Part shown: positions 20,647 to 31,476 of the stretch, piece after piece
How positions within the stretch are numbered: position 1 is the first letter of the stretch
Layout of the letters: each line of letters begins with the position of its first letter
DNA from: Rhizaria sp. SCN 62-66
Taxonomy: Eukaryota
Length of the DNA: 56,481 nt
Direction: 5' to 3'
Assembly: GCA_001724265.1 (NCBI GenBank)
Contig: MEDY01000175.1
Location: 1 to 56,481, forward strand
Notes under the pieces: model-generated
The model's database searches: none
The model's input: the letters and a program-made list of their open reading frames with translations, nothing else
What the model was told of the DNA's origin: nothing
Translations under genes and position numbers: made by a program

Positions 20647-23600
20647 TTACTGCGTGAACTCGATGAGACTGTTGACGCGGACGTGCTTCGCGTAGAAGGC
20701 CTCCATATCCTCCTCCTTGGCCGCGGCCATGCTGGCGTTATCGCGGAGGATTCGCGCCAGCGCCTCGCCCTCGTCCAGCCCGGCGGTGCGCGCGAGCTCG
20801 GCCGCCTTGGCCGCCGCGGCCGCGGCCGCGGCCGAGGCCGTCTCGCCGGGAGCCGTCACCAGCCCTTGCTCGCGCGCGACGCCCTCGGCGAAGAGCCGGC
20901 AGAAGTCGCCGTGGTCGCCGCGGCGCTCAACAATATGGCGCACGCACTTGTTCTTGTCGCCGATGGACATGCCGCGCGGCACGCCCTCGTGGGTGAAGCG
21001 CCCCGCCAATTCCACGGGGTCCAGGTACACGGGCCCGCGCGTGTCGCCCAGCGCAGGGATCGGCATCGCGTACGTCTGCAGCCAGTTGGCGATGTCGCTC
21101 AGGTTCGCGGTCAGCGCGGCTTCGTTGCCGGCCAGCGCGGCGTACATCGTCGGGTGCCGGTAGGCCAACCGCAGGATGAAGTAGATGATCTCGTCCGTGA
21201 TGCGCCAGAACCGGTTCGTGGCGATGACGCGGTCGCAGATCAAGGGCGCTAGCATCACGTGGCGCTTCTGAGCGAAGGGGTCGCGCACGGCCACCAGCGT
21301 GGAGATCAGGCGCATCCAGCTGTACACGCTCTCGACGCGGTCCTTGGGCACCGGCAGCAACAGCGGCGAGGAGTCGTAGAGCGGGCGCGCCGGGAACGAG
21401 GCCGTCCACACGGCTTGTGAGGCCTTGAGATCGCAGAAAACGGCACGCGCGAGCAGGCGGCGCAGGGGCGCGGCGGCGGCGACCGAGGACGCCAGGGGGA
21501 TAATCGCCGCCCACAGGTCAGGGTGCCGCAGCTCGTAGTAGTCGACCGGCAGCAGAGTGAACTCGCTCTCCGTCTCGAACCCGGCCACGTTGAGGCCCGC
21601 CAGCGGCTCTCCCACAGCGGCGGCGGTGTTGGCGCCGCCCGCAGCGCTGCCCGACATGGCGATCTTGCGGCGTTCGGCGTCAAGCCCCGCGCGCGTGATG
21701 AGCGCGCTGACGAGCGCGGCGCGGCCCGTGGACGCGGGCCGCACGCCCGACGATAGCACGTCCTCGCTGGCCTGGTGGGTGCCCTTGCCCAGCGGCACGG
21801 TCAGCATGCGTGACGGCAGCGCGCGCAGCGACGCCGCGGTGAGCGGCAGCACATGGCGCCGCGCGAGGTATCGCGCGACGAAGGGGTTGGTGCCCGCGCG
21901 CTCGAGCATCGCGGCCAGGAGCGCGAAGACGTCGTCCATACGCGCATACACGGCGGCCTGGTCCGTGAAGGGCCGGGTCGTCGTCATGGCCGTCGCGTTG
22001 ACCGCCAGCACGGAGACGAGCGCGGCGACGACCGACAGCGAATCCGCGCTGCGCAGGGACTCGAGCGTCGACACCGTGGTCCCGTCGGCCGACTCGACGG
22101 CGCCCGAGTCGAGCAGGTGCTCCAGCTCTGCCTGCGCGTGCTTGCAGCGGCGCCCCGCGGCCGCGGCGGTGCCCACGGCGTCCATGGCGGCCTCGCTGTG
22201 GCTGCCGTTGCCGCTGTTGAAGACGGTGAAGACGCCCATGGGCTGGCCGGCGGCGCGCTGCAACGTCTGCGGCGGCAGCACAGGCACGTGGGCGGGGTCG
22301 CGCGCGGCGAGCAGCGTGCTGGCCGTGTGCCAGGCCGTGCTGTCGTGCGGCAACGCGACCGTGTAGGCAGTCAGCAGCAGCGCGCGCGCGATGGCGCAGG
22401 CGCTGGGGGCCGCTGAGGACTCGAGCAGCGCCGTCAGCACGGGCAGCGCGGACGAGACATAGCGGCGCACGGAGTCCGCGGGCAGGTCGATCTTACCTGC
22501 GCTCTTCGCGCTGCCGGTGGCCGCCGCTGCGTTGCTGCCGCGGCGAGCGCTGCTCGCAGAGGCAGAAGAGGACGCGTTGGCGATAAGGGACGCGAGCGCG
22601 GAAAGGGCCACTTCGGGGGGCGACGCGGCACGCGCAGCGATGTTGACCACGTAGTCCAGCACGGCCTGCAGGCACTGCCACTTGGCCTGATACTGAGCAG
22701 CCTCGCTGCCAGAGCTCGCGCTAGCGGTGGCGTCGGCGCGGCAGAGCGCGTTGGAGGCCTTGGCGACGTCGACGAAGACCTGCGCGAAGGGATCCGCGAA
22801 GAGCGTGGCCTGGCGGCGCTTGACGGCCTGCGTGCGCTGCGAGTCGCGGAGGATCTTCTCCATCACACCAGAGTCGGGCGCAGACGTGTGACGTTTCTCC
22901 ACACGGTCGTAGAAGAGCAGGTAGCCCGAGGTGTCGCCGGCGCCGCCGTAGGCAATCTCGGCGATGCGCGCGCGGTCGATCGGCGTCACGCGCGTGTCGT
23001 TGAACTGGAACCACGCGCCCTCGCGCGCGCTCGCGTTGCATGCGGCGGCGGCGGCGGCGGCGGCCGCGGGCGTGGGTGCGGCGGCGACGGCAGGGCACAT
23101 GACGTCGTCATCGAGGCGTTCCTGGATAAGCGAGAAGTAGTGTCCGTGGTCGGCGGTGCCCTGCTGCACGACGATGCCGCGCAGTCGGTACTGGTAGTGG
23201 CTATCGGGCTGCACGGGCGGCAGCGGGAGGCCGGCCACGGCGGCGTAGTCGAGCCGCTCCGCGAGCCGCGGGTCCGGAGCGATGCTCTCGAGCGAGAAGG
23301 GCTTAAGCGACAGCGTGTCGGGGAACTCCAGCCGGTCGTTGAGCTTGACGGTGCGGTCATGGTCATAGTCGACTTCGAAGCGCTTGAGGTGCAGGCACAG
23401 CGTGTTGGGCAGGTCCGAGAAGACGGTGCGGCGCAGCGTCGGCACGCGCGCGGCGCACGAGTCACACTTAAGCTCGTCGTAGACTGAGGACGCGACGAAC
23501 GTCTCGAGCGAGCGCTGCACCGTCTCCATGTCCTTGACCTCGACGGGCAGCGCGTAAAACTCCTCCTCGGTGTAGCGGTAATGCTTGCAGGGGCCGAGGC

Positions 23601-26600
23601 CGATCATCTCGCTGCGCGTCTTGCCGCCGAGCGCGGCCTTGATCACGTCCTGGTGCTCAGTGCCGCGCAGCCGGCGGTTCACGACGTCAAACAGGCGCGT
23701 CATGAAGGTCGCCGAGTCCTCCTGCTGAATCGGATCCACGGCGTTGCCGTCCGAGTCCTTGAGCGTCGCGATGAACGACCGCGGGTCGACAAAGTTGGAG
23801 CCCACGGCGGTGGTCAGCGCCAGCAACACGGAGCGGAGTTCGGCCACCGTCGCCAGTCCCTCGTCATCACTCCCGCTGCTGCTGCTGCTGCCGTAGGTGC
23901 TGGCGCTGGCGCTGGCGCTACCACGGCCCGCGCTACCACTACCGCAGCCGTTGCTGTTGAGCGTGGCGGGGTCGACCGAGAGCAGGCTGCGGCGCAGGTC
24001 CGGCATCATGTACAGCTGCTGCAGCAGCGAGTTGATGTAGCACGTCGAGCCCAGGTTGCGCAGGCCTGCGCGACCGCGCGACGCAGAACCCGCGTCGCCG
24101 CCGCCGCGCCGCCCGCCCGCGCCGCGCCCCGCGCCGCGGCCGGCGCCGGAGCCGCCGATGCCGCCGGCGCCGGCGCCGAAGCCGCCGGCGCCGCTGCCGG
24201 CCGTGACGGAGACGGGCGCCTCGGGGGCCTCGCAGGGCGGCTCGTGGTCCCACTGCGTCAGCGCCGCCTCGGGCGCCGCCGTCGCCGCGTGGAGCGCCGC
24301 GGCGACCTTGCGGGTGAGCGCCAGTGCGGCCGCAGACAAGGCGGGGGGTGGGATCTCTGTGGCGGTCGACAGAGAGAGCGTGGGCGCGGTGATGAGCGCC
24401 GAGAGCAGCGCGCACACGGAGGCGACCGTCTGGGGAGCCTTGTAGCGAGGGAACGTCTCGTTGTCACCGGCACCTGCCGCAGTCACAACGGGAGCGGAGG
24501 TGTTGTCGCCCCCGCTAGCCGCGGCGTCGGCGTCGGCAGTGACCTTCAGCAGACCGGCGATAAGGTGGATGGCCACCGACTCGGCGTTGCCCATGAGCGC
24601 GGCGAGCGCTCCCGCCCCCGCCCCCGCCTGCGCACTATGGGTGGCGGCGAGGTGCAGCGCGGCGGGGAAGATGGCCTGCGCAATCGTCACGTAGCAGTTA
24701 AGCAGCACGTCGGTGCTCGCCACGTCGGGCTTGGGCTCGGAACGCGACACGCCGTAGCCGCTGTAGTCGCTGTAGTCGTCGCCGCCGCCGCTGCCGCCGT
24801 CCGAGTGCTTCATCACGAGCCCGGCGCCGGGGGCCTCGACCGTGGGTCGGCCGCGGATGCGCGCGCAGAGCAGCGCAAAGAGCTCGGCGCGCGCCCAGGG
24901 CGCCAGCAGCGGGCCGATGTAGGCGGCCGTGAGCTGCGCCGGCGGCAGATCCAGCGCGGCGGCCACGGCAGCGCGGTCCTCGTCGGTCGCGGTCATGCCC
25001 GCAGCCGCAGAGGCAGAGGCAGAGGCAGAGGCAGTGGGGGCCTTGGCAGAGGCTGGAGTGTCGAGCGTGAGCGCAGAGAGACGCGCGGCGAGGACTTCGT
25101 CGCTGGGGTGACCCGCCGCAGCAGCAGCAGTAGACGCGTTGTCGCCGTCCGTATTAGGGGCGCATGCGGGGGAGTTGGCGTTGGCGGCGCTGCAGAGCGC
25201 GTGCGGCGAGAGGTGCTGGATGACCATGAGCAGCGGCGTCATTTTCGCGAACCGGTCCCTCTCGCTGGGGTCGACGCGGAGCAGGTTGCCAAGGGCCAAC
25301 CCCAGCACCGACAGGCCCTGCGCGCGCGGCAGCGTGGTGGCCCAGCCGGCGAGCGCGCCTGCCAGCTCGCTGCGCTGCGCGGCGCCCGCGGCCATGTAGC
25401 GGCCCGGAGCGGCGGCGGCAGGCGCGACGCCGGCGAGCAGCGTCGCGAAGAAGGCGCCCCAGGAGCCAGAGAGGGGGAAGAAGTCCGACTTTGCGCGCGC
25501 GCCGACCGCGGTGAGCGGGAGGCAGCTCGCAAACACGGCGGGCGAGCGCGCTGTGAAGGTTTTGAACAGGTCCACGGCCACGCGGGCGGCGGCGCGCGCG
25601 GCCTCGGCCAGGGCGGCGGCCTCGGCCTCGGCGGCCGCGGCGGCGGTGTTCGCCAGAGTGAACCCAGCGCCAGCGCCGCCACTGCTGCTACTACTGTCGC
25701 TACTGTCGGTCGCGGTGGGGGTGGTAGCGACGGCGGCGGCGGCGGCGGCGGGGGCCGGAGCGGTGGCGAGGACGTCGAATAGAGCGAAGACAAGGCGGCA
25801 TTGGCGCGCGAACAGCGGCGTCAACGAGGGACGCGACGATGACGACAAGCTGCCCTCCTCGGCCTCTGCGTCGCCGCCCTCGACCTCACCGGTGACGCTG
25901 TCGGCGAGGCCGCCGTGGCCGCCGCCGCCGCCGAGCGCGGCAGTGTCGGCGCTCTCAGCGTGCGAGACGGCCTTGAAGAGCTCCATCAACGCCGTCAGCC
26001 CGGCGAGGAGCTCGCGCGAGGTGGCGAAGGCACACAGCTGTGCAGCGTCGAAAGCAAGCACAAGCGGGGCCAGGCCGCCGCGCTCCGACAGCAGCGCCGC
26101 CACGTGCTGCCACGTCGTGTTGTGGCTGCGGCGCACGCGGTCAAGGTGCGCCATCGCGTAGCAAAGCCGCGACGGGGAGCCGGTTCCGAAAAAAGAGCCC
26201 CAGAGCGCCGCCGGGTCGACCGCGGGTGTGCTATCGCCCTCATCACCGTCCTCACTGTGGCCGTGGCCCTGGCCGTGCGCAGCGGCGGCGAGGGCGGCGA
26301 TGTTCTGGTGGGGGTCGAGCAGGGCGGCGACCTGCGGTGGCAGCGGCAGCGCGGCCAGCAGCGTCAGCACGTCGTCTGCAAAGCCGCCCCCGAGGTCTGC
26401 GAGGTCGAAGAGGCGGCTGAGGATCTCGGTGTCGGTGGACAGCAGACATGCCAGCGCCGAAGCAAGCGCGCCACACGCCAACAGTCCGCTGTTTGGCTGC
26501 GCCAGGTCCGAGAGGCGGTGGCCCTCGATGCCGGCGTAGACCTCCCCGCGCACGACGCCCTCGCCACCGGGCTCGGCACGGAGGCTGTAGGACCCGTCGG

Positions 26601-29600
26601 GCGCGTGCGCGACGACCTGCAGCGGCGCGCGCGCGGCAACCTTGTCGATGACCACGGTCCCGCCAACGGGGAAGGCGTGCGGGCACACCAGCGACGAGTA
26701 GTCGATCGACCGGCGGGCGCGGTCGAAGCCGCCGCCGTGGTGGCCGTAGCCGCCGCCGCCGTAGCCGTGGGCGGCGTTGTTGCCGCTAACGTCAAGCGCG
26801 GAGAGCTCCGCGAGCACGTCGCAGAGGGAGAAGAGTCGGCGCGCGGCCGTGGTGCTGGCGAGGGCGGCCTCGGTGCGGCCCTGCGCGCGCGCCGCGGCGG
26901 CCGCGGTGGCGGCTGCGCGCGCGCGGTCGAGAGACTCGCAGACGAGGGCGCGCACGCGCGTGACGCGGTCCGCGACGGAGACTGCGGCGTCGGTGCGCGT
27001 GTGCAGCAGCAGCAGCGCCATGCACGCGTTGCGGACGACTGTGTCGGCCGCGTCGTCGTTGTCCGCGAGGGCCGGCAGGTCGGCGATGATGCGCCAGAAG
27101 AGCTCGACGTCACGCAGCGCGGCCGCGTCCGTCACTGTGACGAAGCCCACGATCCGCGGGTGCGGCGAGAACGCGCGACCAACCACGTGCTGCGGCTCGG
27201 AGAGGTAGAAGGCGTTTTTGTTGGCGATGAGGAAGAGTAGCTCGAACGTCTTGTACACCGAAACGCACCACACGGGGGCGAAAAGGGCCTTGGCCCACTC
27301 GGCGAAGACGCGGCAGGCCGTCTCCTCGGTGATCGTGGTCGCGGCCAAGACGGCAGCGGAGACGGCGACGGTGCCCGCGTTAGTCGGCGAGGTCGCCGTG
27401 ACCTCCTTGTAAGGCAGGTACGAGTAGAGCAGGTCGAAAAAGCGCTGCGACGGCTCGGGGATCGGCCACGCCGGGTTCACCAGCGCGTTCCAGAGCGTCA
27501 TGAGGTTGCGGAAGGTAAGCCGCGTGTGACCCGCGTTAAGGATGTGGCGCTGCAGGAAGTTAAGCCGCTTGTTGAGCGATGCAGAGATGACGGCCGTGGC
27601 GGTCGCGCGCGAGCGGTCGACTGTGTTGTTGCTGCCATTGCTGGCTTCAGAAGCGGAGCGAGTAAGCGCCGTCGCCGAAGTAGCAGCAGCAGCAGCAGCA
27701 GCATCAGCAGGGCTCCTACCGTCGCCGTTGTTGTTGCTGAAGTAGAAGCCGCGGATCCAGGCCAGGTTCTGCGACAACTCGCCTAACAGCAGCTGGACCA
27801 GAGCGTTCGACTCACTGTCATCCTCCTCAGTCGCCGTCGCCGTCGCTGTCGTCGTGGAGGCGTCGCTGCCGCAGCTGCCTTGGCTGAGAGCCTTGGCGTC
27901 GAGGGCGAGGCGGCGCACCCAATGCTTGCACAGCCGGTCGCGGTCCACAAAGCTCGTCTTCACCTTGACCGGGGGCGCGCCCGCAGCCCCCGCGGCCGCG
28001 GCGAGCTCGGCCTGGGCCAGACTGGCCGCGTTCTCGGCCTCAACCTCGAGCGCGGCGTCCGCGGCGGCGAGCTCAAGCGTTCGGGGCCATGTCTCGCTGC
28101 TGCCGTGCACCGTCGCCGTTGCTGAGAGCCACAGAAGCGCAGTCGGCGGGTCCGCCTGCGGCCCGTTGGCGGCCGCGTGCGCAGCGGCCACGGCGGCGGG
28201 CGCGGCGAGCGACGTCGGGAGCCGCGCGGCGAGGCGCAGAAGCGGGGTTTCGACAGTGGGCTGGGACAGACAGACGATGTCGACGCAGGCCTCGGCGACC
28301 TCCGATTGCGCGCGCGCACGGTCGAAGTGCGCGGCCGCCGCCGCGCCGTAGCCATCGCGCGCCAGCGCGGCGAGGTACACAAGCGCGCGGTGCGCGAAGA
28401 CGTTCTGCAGCGGCAGCAGCTCCGGCTTGGTGAGCACGTCCTTGAACTTCTGCAGCGCGGTCGTGCGGATGTTGCGAGAAACCGAAGTATCCGTCACAAG
28501 GCGCCAAAGGAAGTCGAGCCCGTAGAGGTGTAGACTCTCACTGTTGTTGCCACTAGTAGAGCTCGCATTAGAGCTGAGACTGCTGGTCACGGCAGCGTCG
28601 GCAGCAGCGCGGTTGAGCTTGCCCTCGGTCTCGGCGTCGCCGGCGAGCGGCGCGGCGGCCGCGGCGGCCTCGGCGGCGGGCAGCAACGCCGTGTCCTGCA
28701 TGAACGCGTAGGTCGAGGCCTTGCTGATGAGCGAGAGCATGGGGGGCGTGATGTCCTTGGGCTGCACCTTGGCCACCTCGGAGACGAGATAGTCGACGAT
28801 GCGCCCGTCGACGCCGCCGCTGCCGCTGAGCTCGAACGGCTTGTCGAGCGCGTCGAGCGCCGCCGTGGAAACGGAGCCGGTCGCCGTGACGCACTGCCAC
28901 AGCGCGTGGATCTGCTCGTCGGTGAGCTTGCGCTGGGCGGCCAGGAACGCTACGACGGGCCCCGCGGCGGAGATCATGCGGCCGTGGCGGTGCTGGCCAG
29001 CCAGCGCGGGGAAGATGCCCGCGTCGTCGATCCACTGCGCGAGCGCTGAGGCCGTCAGCGCAGCCCAGTCGCGCCCGTCCTCGGCTATTTGATCATCGCG
29101 CTCACGCTGCAAGTCGCTGCGGCCAGAGTTGCCGCCGTAGCCGTAGATCTGGCCGTAGGCGGGCGGCGCAGCGGGCAGAGGAGGGAGCAGGTTCAGCGTC
29201 GGGGCCACAGTGGCACAGACGCGGACAAGCAGCGTGACGCCCTCGATGCGGCGGTCGAGCACGCCATGCGTCATAATCAGTCGCAGGATGAAGGCCAGCT
29301 TGAACGGCTGCGCCAGCGCCGCGTCGGCGAGCGTCGCGACCTGCGCCTGCACATCGTGCGGCAGGTCCTCGAGCACGGTGCGGACCGAGTCGAGGGCCTC
29401 GCGCACGGCGCTGACGCTGCTAGGATCGACACCAACGGCGGCGGAGGTGACGATTGCGGCGGCGTCGCTGAGTTCGGAGTAGCGCGCCGCCTCTGCAGTG
29501 ACGGCGCTGACGAGCGCGGCGAGATAGCGCGCCTGGTCGTCCTGTAGCAGCGGCGTCGCCAAGCCGATAAAGTTGATGAGCGTGCGCGAGTCGATCAGCT

Positions 29601-31476
29601 TGACCTCGGCATCGGTCATGCTCTGGATGCGCGTCAGCAGCACGTCACCGAAGTTAAGCCGGTCCGCGAACATGGCGTCCCAAACCGCGGGCACAAGGCA
29701 CGCCTTGAGGTGCACGGCCAACCGCACCAGCGCCATAAACGTGTAGATGTTATCTTTTGCGGGCGCGCCGTCGCCGGCCGCTGCGGCCGATGCGGAGGCG
29801 CCGCTAGGGGAGTAGCCGGTGACGGCGCGGCCCAGGTGCAGGCGCGACTGCAGCACCGAGAGTCCACCCCGCGCGCAGAAGCGGTCGATGAGGTACAACG
29901 CGTAGTCGGCGCGGCGCGGCGGCGCGTTGGCGTTGGCCACACGGAGGTGCAGCGCGGAAAGGCACTCTGCCGTCGCGTCCGGCGCGGCGAAGCGGTAAGG
30001 CAGCACCGCCGAGGACAGGTCGCGGTACTGGTCGGCGTTGAGCAGCGCGCTGTCCGCCATCGCTGGGTCCGCCACGGCGCGCACGGGCGGGTGCGGCGCG
30101 TCGGGCGCGGCTAGGAGCTCGGCCAGGCGGGACACAGCGCCGACCGAGGGACCAAACTCGCACGCGAAGATGCGCGAGAAGCGGCCGTCGCCGCCCAAAG
30201 CGCGCAGCAGCCACACAGCGTGGTCCTCGGGCAGCACGGGCGTAAAAGCGAGCGAGGAAATGAGGACGTCAACGCTGGCGGCCACGGCGTCCATGACGCG
30301 GGACACGGGCTCGGTGGAAACGTTCTTGATCACGTTGGCCGTGTTCCACGTGAGCTGGTAGTGGAGGTTGCGGAAGCACGTGTTGTGCATCAGCTGCAGC
30401 GGCGCGGGCGGCAACGGGGCCGTGAAGCGCGTCAGCAGCGCCGTCTTATCCAGCCCCGGCGCGATGGACGCGCGTGTCGTGGCCGCAGACTGCACGGCGT
30501 GATCGTAGGCCGATATCAGCTCCGTCGCGTTGCCTGTAACGGTGGGGATGCCGGACTCGGCCTTGGTGTCGAACGACGCCAGCTCCGCCAACGCGCCCAT
30601 GTCCGCGCCCTTGGTGTGGATGCGCGCCTCGGCGAGCTCCGTCAGCGGCACCGTCGTGTCGAATTTCATGGGGTGCGCGTCGAAGAAGACAGTGGCACTG
30701 GCAGTGTCGTAGTCGATGCTGCCGATGCGGCCCCAGCGCCACAAGCGCGAGGTGTGGTCGCGGCAGTCGACACTGTCGCCCACGGCCCACTGCCGCGGGC
30801 CCGTCGCGCGCGCGGCGCCGGCGACGGTCTTGTAGCAGAGCTGCTCCTTGAGCACGCGCGCGCCCGCGTCGGGGTTGATCTGGTTCTGCAGGCGGACGAA
30901 GCCGGCGCCTACGGTTGTGTCCACGTCCGTGACAACCTTGAGCGCGACGACGGGCGACAGCGCGGTCGCAGTGGCGGGCGGCAGCGCCGCGGGCGCCGCG
31001 GCGGCGTAGTAGAGATACACGGACCGCGGCGGCGGCGCCACGCGGCCGGCCTGACTGGACGCTAGTGCGGCATTGTGCGCAGCGACAGTGTCCGGGTCCG
31101 GAGACACAAGGGGGAAGTCGAGCTGCGTCCAGGTGAGCCCGGCGGGCAGCGCGGGCGGCTGCATGTCGTTGTACGCGACGGCGACGGAGTAGACAACGGG
31201 CGTGATACTGGCATTGCCGGCGGCGGGGTTGGAGGCCAGCGTCCAGATGGTCATCCCAGAGGCCAGCGTCGCGGCCGCCACGAACGGCTGCGACGAGTCT
31301 GGGCACCCCATGTCCGTGGGGTAGACCAGGATCGACGCCAGCGGCGCGGTCGCGCTCGCAGCGGCCGCGGCGCCCGCGGCGACAGAGGCCTGCAGGTCTG
31401 AAGTGCTGGGAGTGCCGGGGACGGCCATGGATGAAGAGGCGAGGGCGTGGCCGGGAGAAACACTGTTGGGGAACAT
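20647..31476 (-). CDS. Giant ubiquitin-specific protease (USP9/24/34-like), 3609 aa, single exon
   Basis: Cys box GLRNLGSTCYINSLLQQLYM; QQEDSATF; LPNTLCLHLKRF; KLNDRLEFP; His box YRLRGIVVQQGTADHGHYFSLI; WFQFNDTRV; YLLFYDR. A long helical N-terminal region precedes the catalytic domain. Stop TAA. Confidence 0.9.
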   Translation of the reverse strand: MFPNSVSPGHALASSSMAVPGTPSTSDLQASVAAGAAAAASATAPLASILVYPTDMGCPDSSQPFVAAATLASGMTIWTLASNPAAGNASITPVVYSVAVAYNDMQPPALPAGLTWTQLDFPLVSPDPDTVAAHNAALASSQAGRVAPPPRSVYLYYAAAAPAALPPATATALSPVVALKVVTDVDTTVGAGFVRLQNQINPDAGARVLKEQLCYKTVAGAARATGPRQWAVGDSVDCRDHTSRLWRWGRIGSIDYDTASATVFFDAHPMKFDTTVPLTELAEARIHTKGADMGALAELASFDTKAESGIPTVTGNATELISAYDHAVQSAATTRASIAPGLDKTALLTRFTAPLPPAPLQLMHNTCFRNLHYQLTWNTANVIKNVSTEPVSRVMDAVAASVDVLISSLAFTPVLPEDHAVWLLRALGGDGRFSRIFACEFGPSVGAVSRLAELLAAPDAPHPPVRAVADPAMADSALLNADQYRDLSSAVLPYRFAAPDATAECLSALHLRVANANAPPRRADYALYLIDRFCARGGLSVLQSRLHLGRAVTGYSPSGASASAAAAGDGAPAKDNIYTFMALVRLAVHLKACLVPAVWDAMFADRLNFGDVLLTRIQSMTDAEVKLIDSRTLINFIGLATPLLQDDQARYLAALVSAVTAEAARYSELSDAAAIVTSAAVGVDPSSVSAVREALDSVRTVLEDLPHDVQAQVATLADAALAQPFKLAFILRLIMTHGVLDRRIEGVTLLVRVCATVAPTLNLLPPLPAAPPAYGQIYGYGGNSGRSDLQRERDDQIAEDGRDWAALTASALAQWIDDAGIFPALAGQHRHGRMISAAGPVVAFLAAQRKLTDEQIHALWQCVTATGSVSTAALDALDKPFELSGSGGVDGRIVDYLVSEVAKVQPKDITPPMLSLISKASTYAFMQDTALLPAAEAAAAAAPLAGDAETEGKLNRAAADAAVTSSLSSNASSTSGNNSESLHLYGLDFLWRLVTDTSVSRNIRTTALQKFKDVLTKPELLPLQNVFAHRALVYLAALARDGYGAAAAAHFDRARAQSEVAEACVDIVCLSQPTVETPLLRLAARLPTSLAAPAAVAAAHAAANGPQADPPTALLWLSATATVHGSSETWPRTLELAAADAALEVEAENAASLAQAELAAAAGAAGAPPVKVKTSFVDRDRLCKHWVRRLALDAKALSQGSCGSDASTTTATATATEEDDSESNALVQLLLGELSQNLAWIRGFYFSNNNGDGRSPADAAAAAAATSATALTRSASEASNGSNNTVDRSRATATAVISASLNKRLNFLQRHILNAGHTRLTFRNLMTLWNALVNPAWPIPEPSQRFFDLLYSYLPYKEVTATSPTNAGTVAVSAAVLAATTITEETACRVFAEWAKALFAPVWCVSVYKTFELLFLIANKNAFYLSEPQHVVGRAFSPHPRIVGFVTVTDAAALRDVELFWRIIADLPALADNDDAADTVVRNACMALLLLHTRTDAAVSVADRVTRVRALVCESLDRARAAATAAAAARAQGRTEAALASTTAARRLFSLCDVLAELSALDVSGNNAAHGYGGGGYGHHGGGFDRARRSIDYSSLVCPHAFPVGGTVVIDKVAARAPLQVVAHAPDGSYSLRAEPGGEGVVRGEVYAGIEGHRLSDLAQPNSGLLACGALASALACLLSTDTEILSRLFDLADLGGGFADDVLTLLAALPLPPQVAALLDPHQNIAALAAAAHGQGHGHSEDGDEGDSTPAVDPAALWGSFFGTGSPSRLCYAMAHLDRVRRSHNTTWQHVAALLSERGGLAPLVLAFDAAQLCAFATSRELLAGLTALMELFKAVSHAESADTAALGGGGGHGGLADSVTGEVEGGDAEAEEGSLSSSSRPSLTPLFARQCRLVFALFDVLATAPAPAAAAAAVATTPTATDSSDSSSSSGGAGAGFTLANTAAAAAEAEAAALAEAARAAARVAVDLFKTFTARSPAVFASCLPLTAVGARAKSDFFPLSGSWGAFFATLLAGVAPAAAAPGRYMAAGAAQRSELAGALAGWATTLPRAQGLSVLGLALGNLLRVDPSERDRFAKMTPLLMVIQHLSPHALCSAANANSPACAPNTDGDNASTAAAAAGHPSDEVLAARLSALTLDTPASAKAPTASASASASAAAGMTATDEDRAAVAAALDLPPAQLTAAYIGPLLAPWARAELFALLCARIRGRPTVEAPGAGLVMKHSDGGSGGGDDYSDYSGYGVSRSEPKPDVASTDVLLNCYVTIAQAIFPAALHLAATHSAQAGAGAGALAALMGNAESVAIHLIAGLLKVTADADAAASGGDNTSAPVVTAAGAGDNETFPRYKAPQTVASVCALLSALITAPTLSLSTATEIPPPALSAAALALTRKVAAALHAATAAPEAALTQWDHEPPCEAPEAPVSVTAGSGAGGFGAGAGGIGGSGAGRGAGRGAGGRRGGGDAGSASRGRAGLRNLGSTCYINSLLQQLYMMPDLRRSLLSVDPATLNSNGCGSGSAGRGSASASASTYGSSSSSGSDDEGLATVAELRSVLLALTTAVGSNFVDPRSFIATLKDSDGNAVDPIQQEDSATFMTRLFDVVNRRLRGTEHQDVIKAALGGKTRSEMIGLGPCKHYRYTEEEFYALPVEVKDMETVQRSLETFVASSVYDELKCDSCAARVPTLRRTVFSDLPNTLCLHLKRFEVDYDHDRTVKLNDRLEFPDTLSLKPFSLESIAPDPRLAERLDYAAVAGLPLPPVQPDSHYQYRLRGIVVQQGTADHGHYFSLIQERLDDDVMCPAVAAAPTPAAAAAAAAACNASAREGAWFQFNDTRVTPIDRARIAEIAYGGAGDTSGYLLFYDRVEKRHTSAPDSGVMEKILRDSQRTQAVKRRQATLFADPFAQVFVDVAKASNALCRADATASASSGSEAAQYQAKWQCLQAVLDYVVNIAARAASPPEVALSALASLIANASSSASASSARRGSNAAAATGSAKSAGKIDLPADSVRRYVSSALPVLTALLESSAAPSACAIARALLLTAYTVALPHDSTAWHTASTLLAARDPAHVPVLPPQTLQRAAGQPMGVFTVFNSGNGSHSEAAMDAVGTAAAAGRRCKHAQAELEHLLDSGAVESADGTTVSTLESLRSADSLSVVAALVSVLAVNATAMTTTRPFTDQAAVYARMDDVFALLAAMLERAGTNPFVARYLARRHVLPLTAASLRALPSRMLTVPLGKGTHQASEDVLSSGVRPASTGRAALVSALITRAGLDAERRKIAMSGSAAGGANTAAAVGEPLAGLNVAGFETESEFTLLPVDYYELRHPDLWAAIIPLASSVAAAAPLRRLLARAVFCDLKASQAVWTASFPARPLYDSSPLLLPVPKDRVESVYSWMRLISTLVAVRDPFAQKRHVMLAPLICDRVIATNRFWRITDEIIYFILRLAYRHPTMYAALAGNEAALTANLSDIANWLQTYAMPIPALGDTRGPVYLDPVELAGRFTHEGVPRGMSIGDKNKCVRHIVERRGDHGDFCRLFAEGVAREQGLVTAPGETASAAAAAAAAKAAELARTAGLDEGEALARILRDNASMAAAKEEDMEAFYAKHVRVNSLIEFTQ

